A stretch of DNA of 64,000 nucleotides from Malacoraja senta (taxonomy: Eukaryota), in the NCBI GenBank assembly GCA_038087875.1, contig CM075994.1:3474001-3538000 (forward strand). Reading direction: 5' to 3'. This document shows positions 39,811 to 54,118 of this stretch, piece after piece. Position numbers and translations under genes: made by a program. A model generated the notes under the pieces. That model did no database searches. It was not told the DNA's origin and saw nothing but the letters and a program-made list of their open reading frames with translations. Each line of letters opens with the position of its first letter. The stretch's first letter is position 1.

Positions 39811-40184
39811 CCAAGTGAAGTTTAGGATGCAAAGGTGGAACTAAAGGCTGACATTATTTTCAAGTAACGTAACGTGTTCTTTTAACGTCGCATTGAAGTG
39901 TGTTCAACGACCTCTATTCCTGTCCCTGGTTCCTTGCAATTTTACCAAATAAATAACATTACACAAATTGCACGAGGCAACGAAAAAAAGTCTCTCGTTG
40001 AAAGACAGAAAGGGCTAGAGTTCGAAAAATTGAAACATGTTCCAATATGCACCAGTTGGTGCTTATAAGGTACGTGAAGACATTTTAGTCTGCCCAATGA
40101 ACGTTTATATTTCCTTTGCTTATGCTTGATTTGCTTACCTGTGGTACAGAAAAGACACCTGTCATAGGAAATATGTTGTCAAGG

Positions 40185-40665
40185 AGGAAAGTGTACAGAG
40201 ATGATTTACGAGGATGTTGCCAGGCCGAGAGTGTCTAAGCTATTGGGAGAGGTTGAGTAGCCTGATACCGTTCCCTGGAACGCAGGAGGATGAGGGATGA
40301 TAAGAAAGAGGTGTATAAAATCATGAGAGGAATAGTTCGGGTAGTTGCAAAGAGTCCCTTGACCAGAGGAGGTTAATCGAGGACCAGAGCACATAGGATT
40401 AAGGTGAAGGGGAAAGGATTTAACAGGAATCTGAGGGGTGGCTTTTTCACAAAAAGGTGTATGGAACAAGCTGCCAGAGGAGGTGGTTGAGGCTGGGACT
40501 ATCCCAACTTTCAGGAAAGTTAGACAGGTACATGAATAGGACAGGTTTGGAGAGATGTGGAACAAATGCAGGCAGCTGGGACAGGTGTGGCTGGGACATG
40601 ATGGCCGGTGTGGGCAAGATGGGCCGAAGGGCCTTTTTCCACACTATATCACTCTATGACTCTAA
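40185..40665 (+). mobile_element. CR1 3' fragment
   Basis: RT C-terminal remnant and tail (…ctctatgactct). Confidence 0.75.
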
Positions 40666-40851
40666 AAGCTTTCAGATGCAAACGTTTAAGAAAATGCGGC
40701 CGATTCACCACTACAGTTCAACATTCTTGCTGATAACGTTCGATCTCTCCTGTGAATTTTCTCAGGTTACCGTCGAGCTTTCTGAGATCAGAATTTATTG
40801 TTCATATAGTTATGATTAAAACAAAACTATATTTCAGTGTTTATCTTCTAG

Positions 40852-40878
40852 ATACCAGATTTTCTTTGGAGAAATGTG
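40852..40878 (+). CDS. Microexon 18 (27 nt); DTRFSLEKC
   Basis: gtttatcttctAG|ATACCAGA…AAATGTG|GTgagc. Confidence 0.87.
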
Positions 40879-41261
40879 GTGAGCAATAACACGCGGAGCA
40901 TGCACGACGGAATTGCGAACTATTAGTTGATATTGTAGATTTATTTGTTTTAAATATTTATGTTCAACTATCACTTCTCAAATTCTCCTTACCAACGTGA
41001 TTCATTTTGCCTATTAAATGTTGTAGCTGTCGCCAGACAATAAATCAAGATGTCCTCTGATGTAGCCTAACATCATTTGGAAGATCAAGGAGAAATAGCA
41101 AACCGATTGCATTGCTCATAATTGAATGACAAGAGGCTGCTCGAAATTAACGAAATAATGTTTTGATATTGATTTATTATTGCCACATATACCGAAATGC
41201 AGGGGGAAAATTCGTTTATCTGCTATCCATCCAGTCGTATTATACTTTACATGGATATAAG

Positions 41262-41790
41262 GACACGGCCATCGTAGAGTCTATTCTCACCTTCTCCACC
41301 ATGGTCTGGTTTGGCTCAGCCACCTAGCACGACACCTGGAGGCTGCAGCGAATCATCCGATCAGCAGAGGTTATTGGCTGCAACATTCCCTCCATTGATG
41401 AACTGTACACTGCAAGGGCCAGAAAGCGAGCAGGCAAGATCATCTCTGACCCCGCTCACCCTGGCCACAAACTCTTTGAATCACTTACCCCTGGAAGGCG
41501 ACTCCGGACTGTCAAAGCTGCCACAGCCAGACATAAAAAGTTTTTATCCACGAGTAGTTGCTCTACTCAACAGCCAAAAATCTGTAGCCTCCCTTTGATC
41601 TGGTATTTTGTTAGTTCACATGCTTGATCAATGGTGTTTTATCATTAGTGTTTTATTATTATTAACGTTTAGTGTTTTCTGAATCATTCCTAACTGTCAC
41701 TGCATGTCATGTTGTTACTTGTGGGCGGAGCACCACGGCAAATTCATTGTCTGTGAATACTTGGCCAATAAAATTACTTACTTAAACTAA
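41262..41790 (+). mobile_element. Rex1/Babar-like LINE 3' fragment
   Basis: AIVESILT…DPAHPGHKLFE.LP; AATAAA tail. Confidence 0.75.
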
Positions 41791-43626
41791 CACATGTACG
41801 ACAGAGACCGTAAGGAAAATTAACAGTACTCAATAGGTACAATATTTACAGGTGCAGGGAAACATTCCATAATGAAATAGCACAAAGGCCACCATGAGTT
41901 GGTTGGGAGATTAGAGCTATACCTTTAGCTAGGACCCTTCATCAGACAAAATCAGTCTGGAGAAAGTGGGGAGACGGGGCGGAACAAATGCTGCCTACCC
42001 AAATGCCAGTAACTGCCTCACTCGCCTGCATCCAAAATAAGGAACTTACAAAGTTTAATTAATGAATTACTGAACATGGATAGGAACGATTTCAAAGGAT
42101 ATATGCTAATCACAGACAAGACAAGCTGAGATGGAATATCTTGGTCGGCATTCAGAGGGTGAGCCGAAGGTCCTCCTGTCGTGCTGTACGAATCTATCAC
42201 TCTACTCATCGAGGGTTGTGTGGGAGTGGGATGTAGGGTGAAGTTCGCGTGTGTATATTTATTACTCGACAGCAACGTGCACAAACAATATAACTTCCCA
42301 TTATTTGCGTGCAGAGTTTCACATTTAAGTTGTTTCTTATTACCTGTTTCGTGATTGTCAGAAACACTGGCATTAACTCCTACCTTTGTGGATGGACTCT
42401 GTGCCATGGCTGCAAACGTGATCAAAATTAGATGATAATAGCTGGAAATCTACAAATTAGAACTTGAGGATGTTTATATATGCAAACAAACATAAGGAAT
42501 TTCCTTCATTAAAAATGTTGTCTAATAAAGCAACAATTGCAATTGGCGCTCTTTATTTTGTAATAGAGACATACAAACACCCAAGAATACAATCCTGTAA
42601 TTAAATCGCCTACTGCCCTGTCCAATTCCGTTTCCAATCGATGTTTTAATTTGTATCCAAGTCCAATATCACCGACGTATGCCCAAAATGTTCTTCTGCT
42701 TATTACCCATATACCTCTCACTTTAATGTTGTATACATTTAAATCAAGATATTAATTTTAATCATTTAATTGTTTGCATTCATTGTTCATTCGGCTTTTT
42801 GGGCATGGTCCCTGATTATCACGAGACGTACACATAATGGCAATAGGTCGCCTGACCTCAGAAACTTCCATAAAACCGAGAAAGTCGTCTTTCTGTGGAT
42901 ATTTTAATCATGGTGATAGTTTTAATTGTTCAATATGTTTCGTGTTCACTTTGAGGATATGGGCATCATCATTAACAGTGGCAGTCTTTAGTCTAATAAA
43001 TAGTTTTCCGGCAGCGTAGAAGGAATCCATGTGCAAACTTTCAGCGCTTGGCAAAAGAATGCTAAAATTTCGAGGCAAAATCATATGCATTTAATATGAT
43101 ATATACTAGGAGTATCCTGTACTCTGTCAATCGTTAACTTCAAAAAGTACATGAAACGTACTTACAGAGCTAAAAATTAAATCGTCGTCGAAAACAGATT
43201 TAATCTGTACTACTCACACACTCTGGAATATATTTCTCGCCGCTTCCTAAATGGGTCTTAGTTCGGAAAAGCAATGGGTAAGAAACAACTCTTGAATGCA
43301 CTGCCAGATGAGCAGAGAGATGGCCTATACAGTAGCATAGGGGACAGCATATCATAGCGATGAAAACATTACAATGCAAGGATCAATCGGAAGGCAAATT
43401 TGAGACAGTCTGATCTATCTCAGACCACCCTTATACGATTACATCATCACTTATATTCCGTTGTGGACTGTAACGTCTCATTTATACTTCCATTTCATGC
43501 GTGGACATACTTCAAATCGTCGAAGCAAATAATCCCTTATCAACAAAATTTGAACCTGCCCAGTAAGAAACAATTTACTACTTTGCTCCATTATCGTTAA
43601 TTCGCAGCTAACTTTCTATCTTTCAG

Positions 43627-43653
43627 AAGAAAAACTGAAGGACAAAGAAAAAC
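43627..43653 (+). CDS. Microexon 19 (27 nt); EEKLKDKEK
   Basis: ctttctatctttcAG|AAGAAAAA…GAAAAAC|GTgagc; paralogous to exon 3. Confidence 0.9.
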
Positions 43654-44768
43654 GTGAGCGGCAGCAACATATCAATCAAAGAATACACACATTCCTTTTT
43701 ACCACTATGTGCCAGAAATCCTTTAAGCCAGGTGTCACTATGCGGATGTCGGAAAGATGTAAGCAGACTTCATAGGCACTCTTCACGTTGAGAATCTGGA
43801 AGATAGAATGGAGTGTGCAAAATATACCGCCATTCAATTTGGTTATGAACACAAAACTCTGACATCCTGTGAGCGGCGAATGGTTGAAAGCTATTATTGA
43901 TTGCATACTGCAATTATTGAAAGTTTCGGAAGTAATGTGCAGAATATCTTAGTCTTCAGCAGTGATTACCGCATCCTATTAACTCTATAATCATGAGTAT
44001 CATGTATGTAAGATTCGCATGTCAGCGTTAGATAGACCTTTCTGAATTCGCCATCTGGCTTGTGTTACTTTTTTGGACTCGATGATGCAAGCGACAAATC
44101 AAATCAAAGGTTGCACCGAACGATCTGTCTGTTTTATTGGCAATTCTGCTGCTGAAAACAATCGATATCCTCTGGTAATTAATTTAAAATAGTGCAAACA
44201 TGGGAATATGTAAACCTCTGTCTGTGACACACATAGATTTCAGTAAATGGGTACGAAAGCATCTTAACGCATGGATGAAATGTAGGCATGAAAATCCACT
44301 AGAATCCAGAGGAATCAGTTTAGGGAGAGATAGAGACAATCACAACATTTAAAGGACTTTTGAACATGAATATCTATAGGCAAGGTTTAGAAAGCTATGG
44401 GCCAAACGAAGGAAGTGGGACTATTGTAGATGGGGGTATCGTGGATGGCATGGACAATTTGGGCCGAAGGGTTTGTTTCCATGCTGTATGGCTCTATGGC
44501 TCTAATCGTATCCAGCGGTAATGTCGACAGGAAAAACCTTCGGCATCCAAAGGGCAATGGGCAATTAACAAATGGGCAGATTTGCTTGACCACATTGCCT
44601 CCTTTAATTATGCATATGTCTTTGACTCCAAAGGAAATTTCATGCAATATTGATCAAAATGCTAAGATCCTTTTTTGTTACCTTTGTCGATTAATTTGGT
44701 CTGGAGTAATATTAAATGGTTTAGTCATTACGTCTTCTTAATTCTCGTCTTCTCTGTGTATTTTACAG

Positions 44769-44795
44769 AAATTGATGACCATCGTGAGCTCTGCA
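44769..44795 (+). CDS. Microexon 20 (27 nt); QIDDHRELC
   Basis: ctgtgtattttacAG|AAATTGAT…CTCTGCA|GTgagt; paralogous to exon 4. Confidence 0.88.
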
Positions 44796-45774
44796 GTGAG
44801 TAAAACCAATCAGATAAAACGCAGCGAAAGTGTGGCAAATATTATTGACACAAATTACACGTTACACACACCTGTGACACATACTGTATCGTGTGCAAAT
44901 TGAATGCTGGGTTTGGCGTAACTTGGCTGTAACGTAGGCTCTTTGCACAAACCACCCCCAGAAAGAGAGAAGCGTGTATTCCTTATTCACGTTTTGTAAA
45001 CTCCTGTTGAAAACATCGATGTGTATCCTCTTCAGGCGTACCATCCGTGCATAACATACCATATATAAGTACAATCAAACCATACACAAGCACCACAGAT
45101 AATTCCAATGATAAAATAATAAAGAAAAGTGTAGAGACAATACTTCAATTACCACCATGAGGCAGATTTGGAAACGGGGAGTAGTATTTGAGTGGTATTT
45201 TCAAGAGTCTGGTGACAGCGGGGAAGAAACTATTTTTAAATCTGGTCGTATGTGATTCCAGGCTTTTAGATCTTATACCAAACAGGGGAAAGGAGTATGG
45301 GGAATGAGCTGTTTGTAAATGGTTCTTGATGATATTGTCTGCATTCTCGAGTCAGCGTGAAACGTAAATTAGGTTGACGGGGCTCAGGTTGGTTTGCGTG
45401 ATTTACCGGGCTGCATCCATAACTATTTACAATTTTACTTCGGAGTCACGTGAGTGACTACGTGAAGAACCCCGTACAGCCGCACGTGCGTCATTACGTC
45501 AGACGCATTGGTGCAGGCGGCCGGTTGGAGCAGCAAAGCTCCTCCAGCGCGGTAAATTTAAACTTCAGGTAAGGTTGTATTTCTTACCTGTTTTTGTTTC
45601 CTTGCAGGAACCTCTTGTTCCAGAGGCTTTCTGCCGGGTGATTCGCGAGGACCGACGAGGGAACCAGCTATGGCTATGGGGCAACCCAGGTCCGACCGCG
45701 GAAGCGGGTAGCTGGCGAATGTCGGGTTTCGCGATCGCAATCACTGATAACACCGTCAGTGACTGCCGGACGCT

Positions 45775-46137
45775 GTGGTTCCCGGGAAGGGGACATGTAG
45801 CATACCGGTCGGGAGGTTTTCTCTCCGATATAAATATACATGCTGGGGTTCCCGGGGAGGGGACATGCAGCAGACCGGTCGGGAGGTTTCCCTCCGATAT
45901 AAATATACATGCTGGGGTTCCCGGGGAGGGGACATGCAGCAGACAGGTCGGGAGGTTTCCCTCCGATATAAATATACATGCTGGGGTTCCCGGGGAGGGG
46001 ACATGCAGGAGACCGGTCGGGAGATTTTTCCTCCGATATAAATATACATGCTGGGGTTCCCAGGGAGGGGGCATGCAGCAGACAGGTCGGGAGGTTTCCC
46101 TCCGATATAAATATACACGCTGGGGTTCCCGGGGAGG
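45775..46137. repeat. 69-bp minisatellite, about 5 copies, inside DIRS
   Basis: ATATAAATATAC recurs at 45828, 45897, 45966, 46036 and 46105. Confidence 0.93.
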
Positions 46138-46427
46138 TGAAATCCAGTAGTATGTGGCTCCCAGACGAAACGGTCCGCAGGATAGGGGTTAAACAGACGA
46201 GAACGGTCAGCTCTAGTGCCAGGAGGTTTTCCCTCCGGCAAGGCATATAGACGCTGGGATTCCCGGGGAGGGGTAATTCAGCAGTAATGAGGTACCCAGA
46301 CCGCAGTGGTCCCCAGGATATGGGGTAAACGGACCAAAATGGTCAGCCCTGGTGCCGGGAGGGTTCCCTTCCGGTAATAAGAAAATTTGGAGGTTGGCCA
46401 GGAGAGAATCCATCTAGATACACTCCA

Positions 46428-46832
46428 ACAGCAGGAGTTGGACAGGGCTGCTTAATGGGGATACCGAGTCTGCGGCAGTGTTGGGCATATGGGAGAGCCC
46501 GCACTAGCAGCGCCTTGGACAGGGCTGCTTAATGGGGATGCCAAATCTATGGCAGGGCCGGCCTATTGGAAAGGCCGCGCCAGCAGCGCCTTGTAACAGG
46601 GCTGCTTAATGGGGATGCCGAATCTATGGCAGTGCCGGCCTATGGGAGAGTCCGCGCCAGCAGCGCCTTGTAATAGGGCTACATAATGTATGGCAGCAGC
46701 ACCCGTAGTAGAGCTGCATAATGTCTCCCTCAATGGAGGAGGTGAGCTTACCGGGGCAGTTCTGTTCTGACCCTGAAGGGTGGGCCTATTGCAGAGGCCG
46801 CGCCAGCAGCGCCTTGTAACAGGGCTGCCTAA
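46428..46832. repeat. Degenerate tandem repeat of about 75-77 bp inside DIRS
   Basis: cagcagcgccttg.aacagggctgcttaatggggat recurs. Confidence 0.8.
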
Positions 46833-47799
46833 TGTCTCCCTTATGGAGGAGGACAGCATGCCGGGTCAGTGTAAATCTGACGCCGAGTCTGAGGGTTTAA
46901 CCATGGAGCATACCCCAAGGGATGTGGGGCACGTGTCAGAGGTACCATTCCTGGCAGCAAGGTTGCCATCCCAACACAATGCAGTGAACACCGCTATCAG
47001 AGGCGTTAGAGCCAGCTGCCGAATCTTCTATTCAGGGAAGACCTATTCAACAGGCAAAACCTGGAGGACAAAGCACAAGCTGTTGGACCAATTAAGGCCA
47101 ACGACCAGCAAGGCTTCATAGTTTCGGTGAAAACGCACCTCACGTCTTCATGGGCAGTAAGCGGTTCACTGAAGCTGGTGGCAGCATGAAAGTTAGCCAG
47201 AGGGTCCACGCACTCTACCAGTTCTACTCTAAGGTACAACTAAGGTACCACTTACAAGTTGTTAAGATTTACACTTGGTTGTACAATACACAAATGATTA
47301 AGACATTGTCATCTACTCAGAGGCATTTAACCATGTAAAACTGGACATTACTAGCATTGGAATTGGGCCAGAATTGTGTTGAGGCAGGCTCAGTATTTTA
47401 GCCAAGATTTCCTTCGAGACAGGCTCGGAAATATGACAAGAATTGTCTTTTGAGTCATGCTCAGAATTATGGGACAGGCTCTGGAAACGGGCCAGAGTTG
47501 CCATTCAGGGCAGACATGTAATGATGGCAGGAGTGGCCTGTTCATTATGAAAGATGTCTGATTAACAACTGATGTCATAGGGTGTTCCCATTTACAGTGA
47601 TCATCGGAGATATTTGGAAGCATTGCTATGATGAGGCAATATAACAGTATGAAGACAATAAATCATTCAAAGAGGACTACAGAGTTCAAAACACTTGTTA
47701 TGTATTGGCTGGATGAAATTTAATGCTGTATTTTGCTAAATCCACTGTTTCAGTCTCAAACTATATTTGAGAAATTGGGCTCCTCTATCCAGTTAAAAT

Positions 47800-48358
47800 G
47801 AAGTTGTACAGGGTCTTGGTGAGACCACACCTGGAGTATTGCGTACAGTTTTGGTCACCAAATCTGAGGAAGGACATTATAGCCATAGAGGGAGTGCAGA
47901 GAAGGTTCACCAGACTTATTCCTGGGATGTCAGGACTTTCATATGAAGAAAGACTGGATGGACTTGGCTTATACTCGCTAGAATTTAGGAGATTGAGAGG
48001 GGATCTTATAGAAACGTACAAAATTCTTATGGGGTTGGACAGGCTAGATGCAGGAAGATTGTTCCCGATGTTGGGGAAGTCGAGGACAAGGGGTCACAGC
48101 TTAAGGAGAAAAAACGTTTTCACACAGAGTGGTGAATCTCTGGAACTCTCTGCCACAGAGGGTAGTTGAGGCCAGTTCATTGGCTATATTTAAGAGGGAG
48201 TTAGATGTGGCCCTTGTGGCTAAAGGGATCAGGGGGTATGGAGAGAAGGCAGGTACGGGATACTGAGTTGGATGATCAGCCATGATCATATTGAATGGCG
48301 GTGCAGGCTCGAAGGGCCGAATGGCCTACTCCTGCACCTATTTTCTATGTATCTATGT
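47800..48358 (+). mobile_element. Young CR1 3' fragment nested in DIRS
   Basis: [19 protein letters not shown]…; intact tail. Confidence 0.92.
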
Positions 48359-49760
48359 TACATTTAAAATGGTACAGATTTCTGAACTCTTGGGAGTTCA
48401 ATTTTAATGGTCTTTGACAATATTGAGTTATAGGGTCATTAACGGTGCCAAGGTGCTTTCCATCAGATTTGCTGCAGCAAACGAGATCCACTTTGTTGAG
48501 TTCACCCCGGATATCGAGTTAGTAAAGGATATTCTTAACACAAGTTTCCCAGGACAAGTACAATGCAGTATGGGAGGTTGACATTGTGTTAACACTATTT
48601 TCACCAGGCGATTTCTAGCTACATTCTTAGCTTTGGCAGATCTCATTAGGTAGTTATCCTCCTGGCGCTGGTTTAGCGCAACAGGTCAGTCGCTACATAA
48701 TTGTGACGGGACAGGATGATTACATCTGTAAATAATATGTATAGTGTTTTATGTTTATAATTTACTTAAGCAGAGCAGAAGGGGTGTCAGGTCTCAAAAT
48801 AGGTTAAGGCGTATCCAGGGACCTTTAGTTATGTGAGTGCTCACATATACAACAAGAAGTAAAGGTCACTAAGAGCCAAGACTATGATTGTTAGTTACAA
48901 AAAACAAACAAAAAACAAATTTATAAGAACGTATCAGTTCCAGGTGATAAAACAGAGTTGAGTTATGCAGCAGTAGATACTGATTCCAGATCTCACTCTA
49001 CCAGGGCTGCTGCAACAGCAGCAGCAACGGTTAATTATGTCTCGCTGGGCCACATCCTAACGGCTGAAGCATAGTCAAAAGAACGAATTTCCAAACATTT
49101 GATAATAACCGTTGCTAGACCAGGGTATTTCTCAATCTCATTTTATGTTCTGTTTATAGGTTCCATCCAGATGAGAGATGGGACTATTATGATTACTTCA
49201 TTTAACAGCATCAGCATGTTTTCAATCTATGTCATGACTGTATGCATTATGAATGTTTTCCCTCATTTGTCAATGAAGCAGTTGTGGTTGTGTAGACTTG
49301 TTTCTCGCGGCAGAGCTTTGAAATCTTCACGTGGTCACTCACGTGACTCCGAAGTAAAATAGTAAGATTAAATGAGAACTTACCAGTTTGAAGTTTGATC
49401 TTTATTTTATGAGGAGTTACGATGAGGGACTACGTGCCCTCCGCTCCCAACCCTCATAAACATCATCTGGTAGTTCTAGTCTTCTCTCGTCTTACTATTA
49501 TACTTCAGTCACTATTATCTGTGATTTCACACCGCAGCTTTGAAGATTGACGCACGTGCGGCTGTACGGAGTTCTTCACGTAGTCCCTCATCGTAACTCC
49601 TCATAAAATAAAGATCAAATTTCAAACTGGTAAGTTCTCGTTTAATCTTACTATTACATAAGGGTCAGATAAGAACCAAAACAATGAACATGTTCATTTT
49701 GCCTGCGGAAAAGATGTCCTATTGAATACATGCTTTGCCAGTGCATTATTTTCATTCCAG

Positions 49761-49787
49761 AAAAACAAGCCCGCGAAAAAGAGGCAG
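49761..49787 (+). CDS. Microexon 21 (27 nt); KKQAREKEA
   Basis: attattttcattccAG|AAAAACAA…GAGGCAG|GTaaat. Confidence 0.9.
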
Positions 49788-50072
49788 GTAAATACTACAT
49801 GGAGGGAGACAATAGAAACCTGCCGTATGTCCCACCGCGTCTACATCTGCCACCAAGCACCCACCCATCTGCATCCATCACTCCCTCAATTCCCCATTGT
49901 CCTACCACTCACCCAGAAGAAATTGAACTCTCTAACCAGCATGCCTTTGGTAAGCTGTCACCGAGAATTTGCAAACTCCACACAGGCAGCTGTCAAACTC
50001 AGGATCGACTGGCACTGCTTAGCCGGAGATTTTAACTATTGTAAAACTGCTAAACCCTAAAGAAATATCCCA

Positions 50073-50320
50073 TTAGTTTAGCTTAGTTTAGAGATACAGT
50101 GCGGAAAAAGGCCCTTCGGCCCACCATGTTGTTAACACTACCCGACACACACACACACAAGGGACAATTTACTATTTATACCAAGCCAATCTGCATCCAC
50201 TGTATGTGTTTGGAGTGAGGGAGGAAACCGAAGATCTTGCAATACCGTCACGGGCAGAACATGCCGACTACAATGGGAACAGGACCGGAGGTAAGGATTA
50301 CGCTTGGGTATCTGAAGTAA
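50073..50320 (-). mobile_element. HE1-like V-SINE fragment
   Basis: Same motifs as 37205-37410. Confidence 0.65.
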
Positions 50321-50802
50321 TGCGGTCCAACCAGTAGGTCGTCTAAGATTCTCAGTGATATTTACAAACTGCATAAATGCCGTTGGTGGTCCTAATTTGT
50401 TACAGTGCCATCATGGTGGTCCAAAGGAATGTCTAAAAGATACGCCATCCAAAATATAGTCACTATATGTATTACGCAGCAGCTTCTAGCCACTTCGTAC
50501 TATCCAACAACCATCGCTCTCTTTGGTCCCTGAAGCACAAACAATAAGTGTAACGATGAAAACACTCATCAGAACTTCTACGGAGGTGAGGTTTCCAACT
50601 TCGTTCCTCAGTTTTTTTAATGACAACAGTAGAAAAAATTGCATGGGTTCGCAGATGCATTGAATAAAAATGGAAGCCAGCTCAGAATCATATTCAAAGT
50701 TATGTTCTCTATCCTTCATTTTGAACTGAACATATATTGATACCAGTTGTGCAAATACTGTTATTTACACTGAGCTGGAATCTGATTCATATCTGCTTTC
50801 AG

Positions 50803-50838
50803 AAATTCTAGCGCTTAATATGATTTTGCAAGAAAATG
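50803..50838 (+). CDS. Microexon 22 (36 nt); EILALNMILQEN
   Basis: atatctgctttcAG|AAATTCTA…GAAAATG|GTaaga. Confidence 0.87.
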
Positions 50839-51139
50839 GTAAGATAAATTATTGCTCAGATGATAGACCCACCAATTATGTTTGTGCCAGAAGCTTGTAA
50901 AATATGAGAGGTGGAAAACAAACGCTGGAGATGTGACAGTAGTTACTTTAATGGACGTGAAATCGAGGGCCATGCAGTAGTTCAGTGGGAACATGGAATA
51001 AAGGACCATCAAGAGCATTTGATAACATGCACTTGTGTTATTCTTTCTCGGTGTGAAACTATTCGATTCAAATAAATCATCCTTCATTTCATCAGTACCA
51101 ATTGGGAAAGAATATCTGGCAACCATCAATGGCCAGAAG

Positions 51140-51280
51140 GTCATAAGTAATAGGAGCAGAATTAGGCCATTCAGCCCATCAAGTCTACTCCGCCATTCAA
51201 TCATGGCTGATCTATCTCTCCCTCCTAATCCCATTCTTCCACCTTGTCCCAGTAACCCCTGATACCTGTACTACTCAACA
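51140..51280 (-). mobile_element. CR1 3' tail fragment
   Basis: ggccattcagcccatcaagtctactccgccattcaatcatggctgatc. Confidence 0.7.
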
Positions 51281-54118
51281 ATGGACTAGTTCATCTCCTT
51301 ATCTAGATTCACACTCATAAATATCATTGACTCTTAACTAACCGTGGCCGGACCGCACTGACTCCGGGGGGAGGGTGGGGGTTGTCCGGAGGGATCTGTT
51401 CCTTTGGGCGCTTACACCTTGGTGCTGCCTTGTGCTCTGGAAGGCTTGAGCTACCCCGTGCGTCACGCCCTTTGACCTTACGACCTTACGTGCACCCCCC
51501 CCTATTGAAAATTTGCCTCATTTGGATGAATACAAAAAAGATCCTTATACATTCAGACTACAAAAACAAACCAGCTCAGACAAAAATGTAATTAGCTTCA
51601 TCCACGATGCCCCATCAAATATCCCAGTAATTCCAATGAATAATGGATACTATGTGCCATTTTGGTATCGAACTCTCACGTGGACCGGGTGTGATCTGGG
51701 CCGACCATTCACGCGGTCAGGGGGCGGGCCGTCGTGTGGTTGGAGAACAAAGGTTTTGGCAGCGGTGTGCTCATGAGCGACGGCAAGTTAGTAGTTAAAT
51801 ATTAACTTGATGCGCGCTTGAGAGACACGGCTGTCTCGGTCAATTATTAAACTGAGTGTTTACACAACGCGTGAACCTCAACAACTATGACTATAAAAAA
51901 ACATACATAAAATCTATCCAAAAAAAGTCTCCATTGACACTTGAGGATGGTGAGATGACCCAGCAAATTAATGCAACAATCGGGACACCTCGGTCCCATA
52001 ATTCTAGCTGATTATACTTGACGGTGACTTTTCCGAATGTCATGGCAGACGTGGCAAATGTGTAATTTTAATTTTCGTGAATGTTTAATGTATTTAGAAT
52101 GAAGTACTAATATTAGCATTAGTAATGTATTAATGTATGATGGCCAACCACTGTTAATTATTCCGACTGAAATATTTCTCGTTGTGATGTCAGAAATACC
52201 AAGACCTGCTAATTAATACGTTTTACTTGACTAGAAGATGATTGAATAAATCAAAATTCATGTCATTGGGAAAGAAAACATCAAGAAAATAAAACGGAAT
52301 TTAATTTGCGCTTGACATTTAATGATCATAATATAAATGTTCTCAGTTTTAGCACCAATGACCAACTCGACTGCTGTCAGTTGCAATTATTATTAAAGTC
52401 ACACAAAACTAACTGCTGTTGTGGCAGTGCCAGACAGCAACTTTTATGAATGCCTCCTCTGTCATTGCAACAAAACCAAATAGAACAGATCAATAATAAT
52501 TCCAACAACTCAAATCTGGGTATGAATTCTGTGACCCATCTGTAACAAGACAAAATTCGATCACGAACAAGATAGATCCGCAATATATCCCTTATTTCAA
52601 CATCACCAAGTACCGAATGTTTCACCGGTAGTTTATTTAAATTGCAGGGAAAAAAGTACGCAAAAACATGATCTACATTTTGTATAAGCGCAGTCTGATA
52701 CTGCAAACTACACAAGACAAATTATGAAGTAAATAAACCCAATACAGCTCAAGATTCACGCTTCACTTTGCCTTCTTCAGTCTTCATTTTGCATCTTATT
52801 GCAAAGATCATGGCAGACCCATGTTCTGTCACCCATGCGCAGACAGAATATCATAAGCGTTAATTATCATTTATTTCAGATTTCTAGCTTTGTCGTCAGA
52901 ATTACATCCATCTTTATTCGGAAATTAATAATTTGTATTATTTGTATGCCGAAACAAGATAAATTGCTGAATTGATGTTATTCTGCTCAGTCTATTACAC
53001 ATTAGTTTAATTACATTATCACGTTGACCTTGGCAAGAAGTCGGACGCTCAGAACCTGGACCACCTTGTCCCCTCTTCCGCCGGGCAAAAATACAAAAGA
53101 TACCGGATCCTAATTGCATGTTTTTAATTTACAAATTACTAGGGTGTAATATAACGTATATATTCCATTGAGTAACCATCTTCATTACAATAATTAAATG
53201 CTTGCTCTTTCTATCCTTCATCAAAACTCAACGTGACTAAGAAACGGGTAAGTGCACAGTATCTGGGTATTGGTCTAATTCCCACGCATTTGGCATGGGA
53301 TGATTAAATCTTGCATCTATGCAGAACTCACAGACTTTGCTACTCATTTCCATCCTGCACTCACCCGACATCTCCCTACCGCTTCTTGATCTCACTGTTT
53401 CCATCACAGGAGATAGACTATCGATTGACATCTAATATAAACCTAAGGACTCCCACAGATATCTAGACTACACTTCTTCCAACTTGCATCCTGCAAAAAC
53501 TATCCCCTAACTATTCTCAGACATTTTCGCCACCTCCAACAGCATCCCACCATTAGCCACATCTTCCCATCTCCACGCCTTTTCACTTTCCGCGGAGACC
53601 GTTCCATACGCACTCCCTAGTTAACTCATCCCTTCCCACCCAAACCCCAGGTACTTTCCCCAGCAACTGCAGGACATGCAACACCTGTCCCTATACCTCC
53701 TCCCACAACACCCTCCATGGACCCCGACGGTCTTTTCAGGTGAGGCACACTTCCTCCAACCTCATCTACTGTATCTGCTGTTCCAGGTGTAGAAGCCTAT
53801 AAATCGGCGAGACCAAGAGCAGGCTCGACGATCGTTTTGCAACACACCTCCGCTCAGTCCGCCTAACCTACCCAATCTCCCAGTTGCTAAACACGGTAAC
53901 CTCCCCTCCCATTCCCACACTAACCTTTCTGACCTGGGCCTCCTCCATTGTCAGAGTGGAGCCCTGCGCAAATTGGAGGAACAGATCCTCATATTTCGCT
54001 TGGGTAGCATACACCCGTGGTACGAATCTTGATTTATCTTTCATCGAGTAACCCTTGTTTCCCTCTCTCCATCTTTTCCCCTTTCCAGTTCTCTGACCAG
54101 TCTGACTGTCCTCAATTA

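Larger units (their letters stand above)
45433..49653 (+). mobile_element. DIRS1-type tyrosine-recombinase retrotransposon, degenerate
   Basis: Left ITR 45433-45493; ICR 49325-49436 complementary to both ends; right ITR plus extension 49548-49653; recombinase motif RSHSTRAAA near 48988. Confidence 0.88.

Noticed and set aside
45775..46137. Regular repeat array considered as CRISPR-like, or as a repeat-protein gene (ORFs 45565-46250)
   Set aside because: The units are contiguous with no unique spacers. It is open in several frames on both strands because the 69-bp unit is a multiple of 3, and it lies inside a DIRS element.
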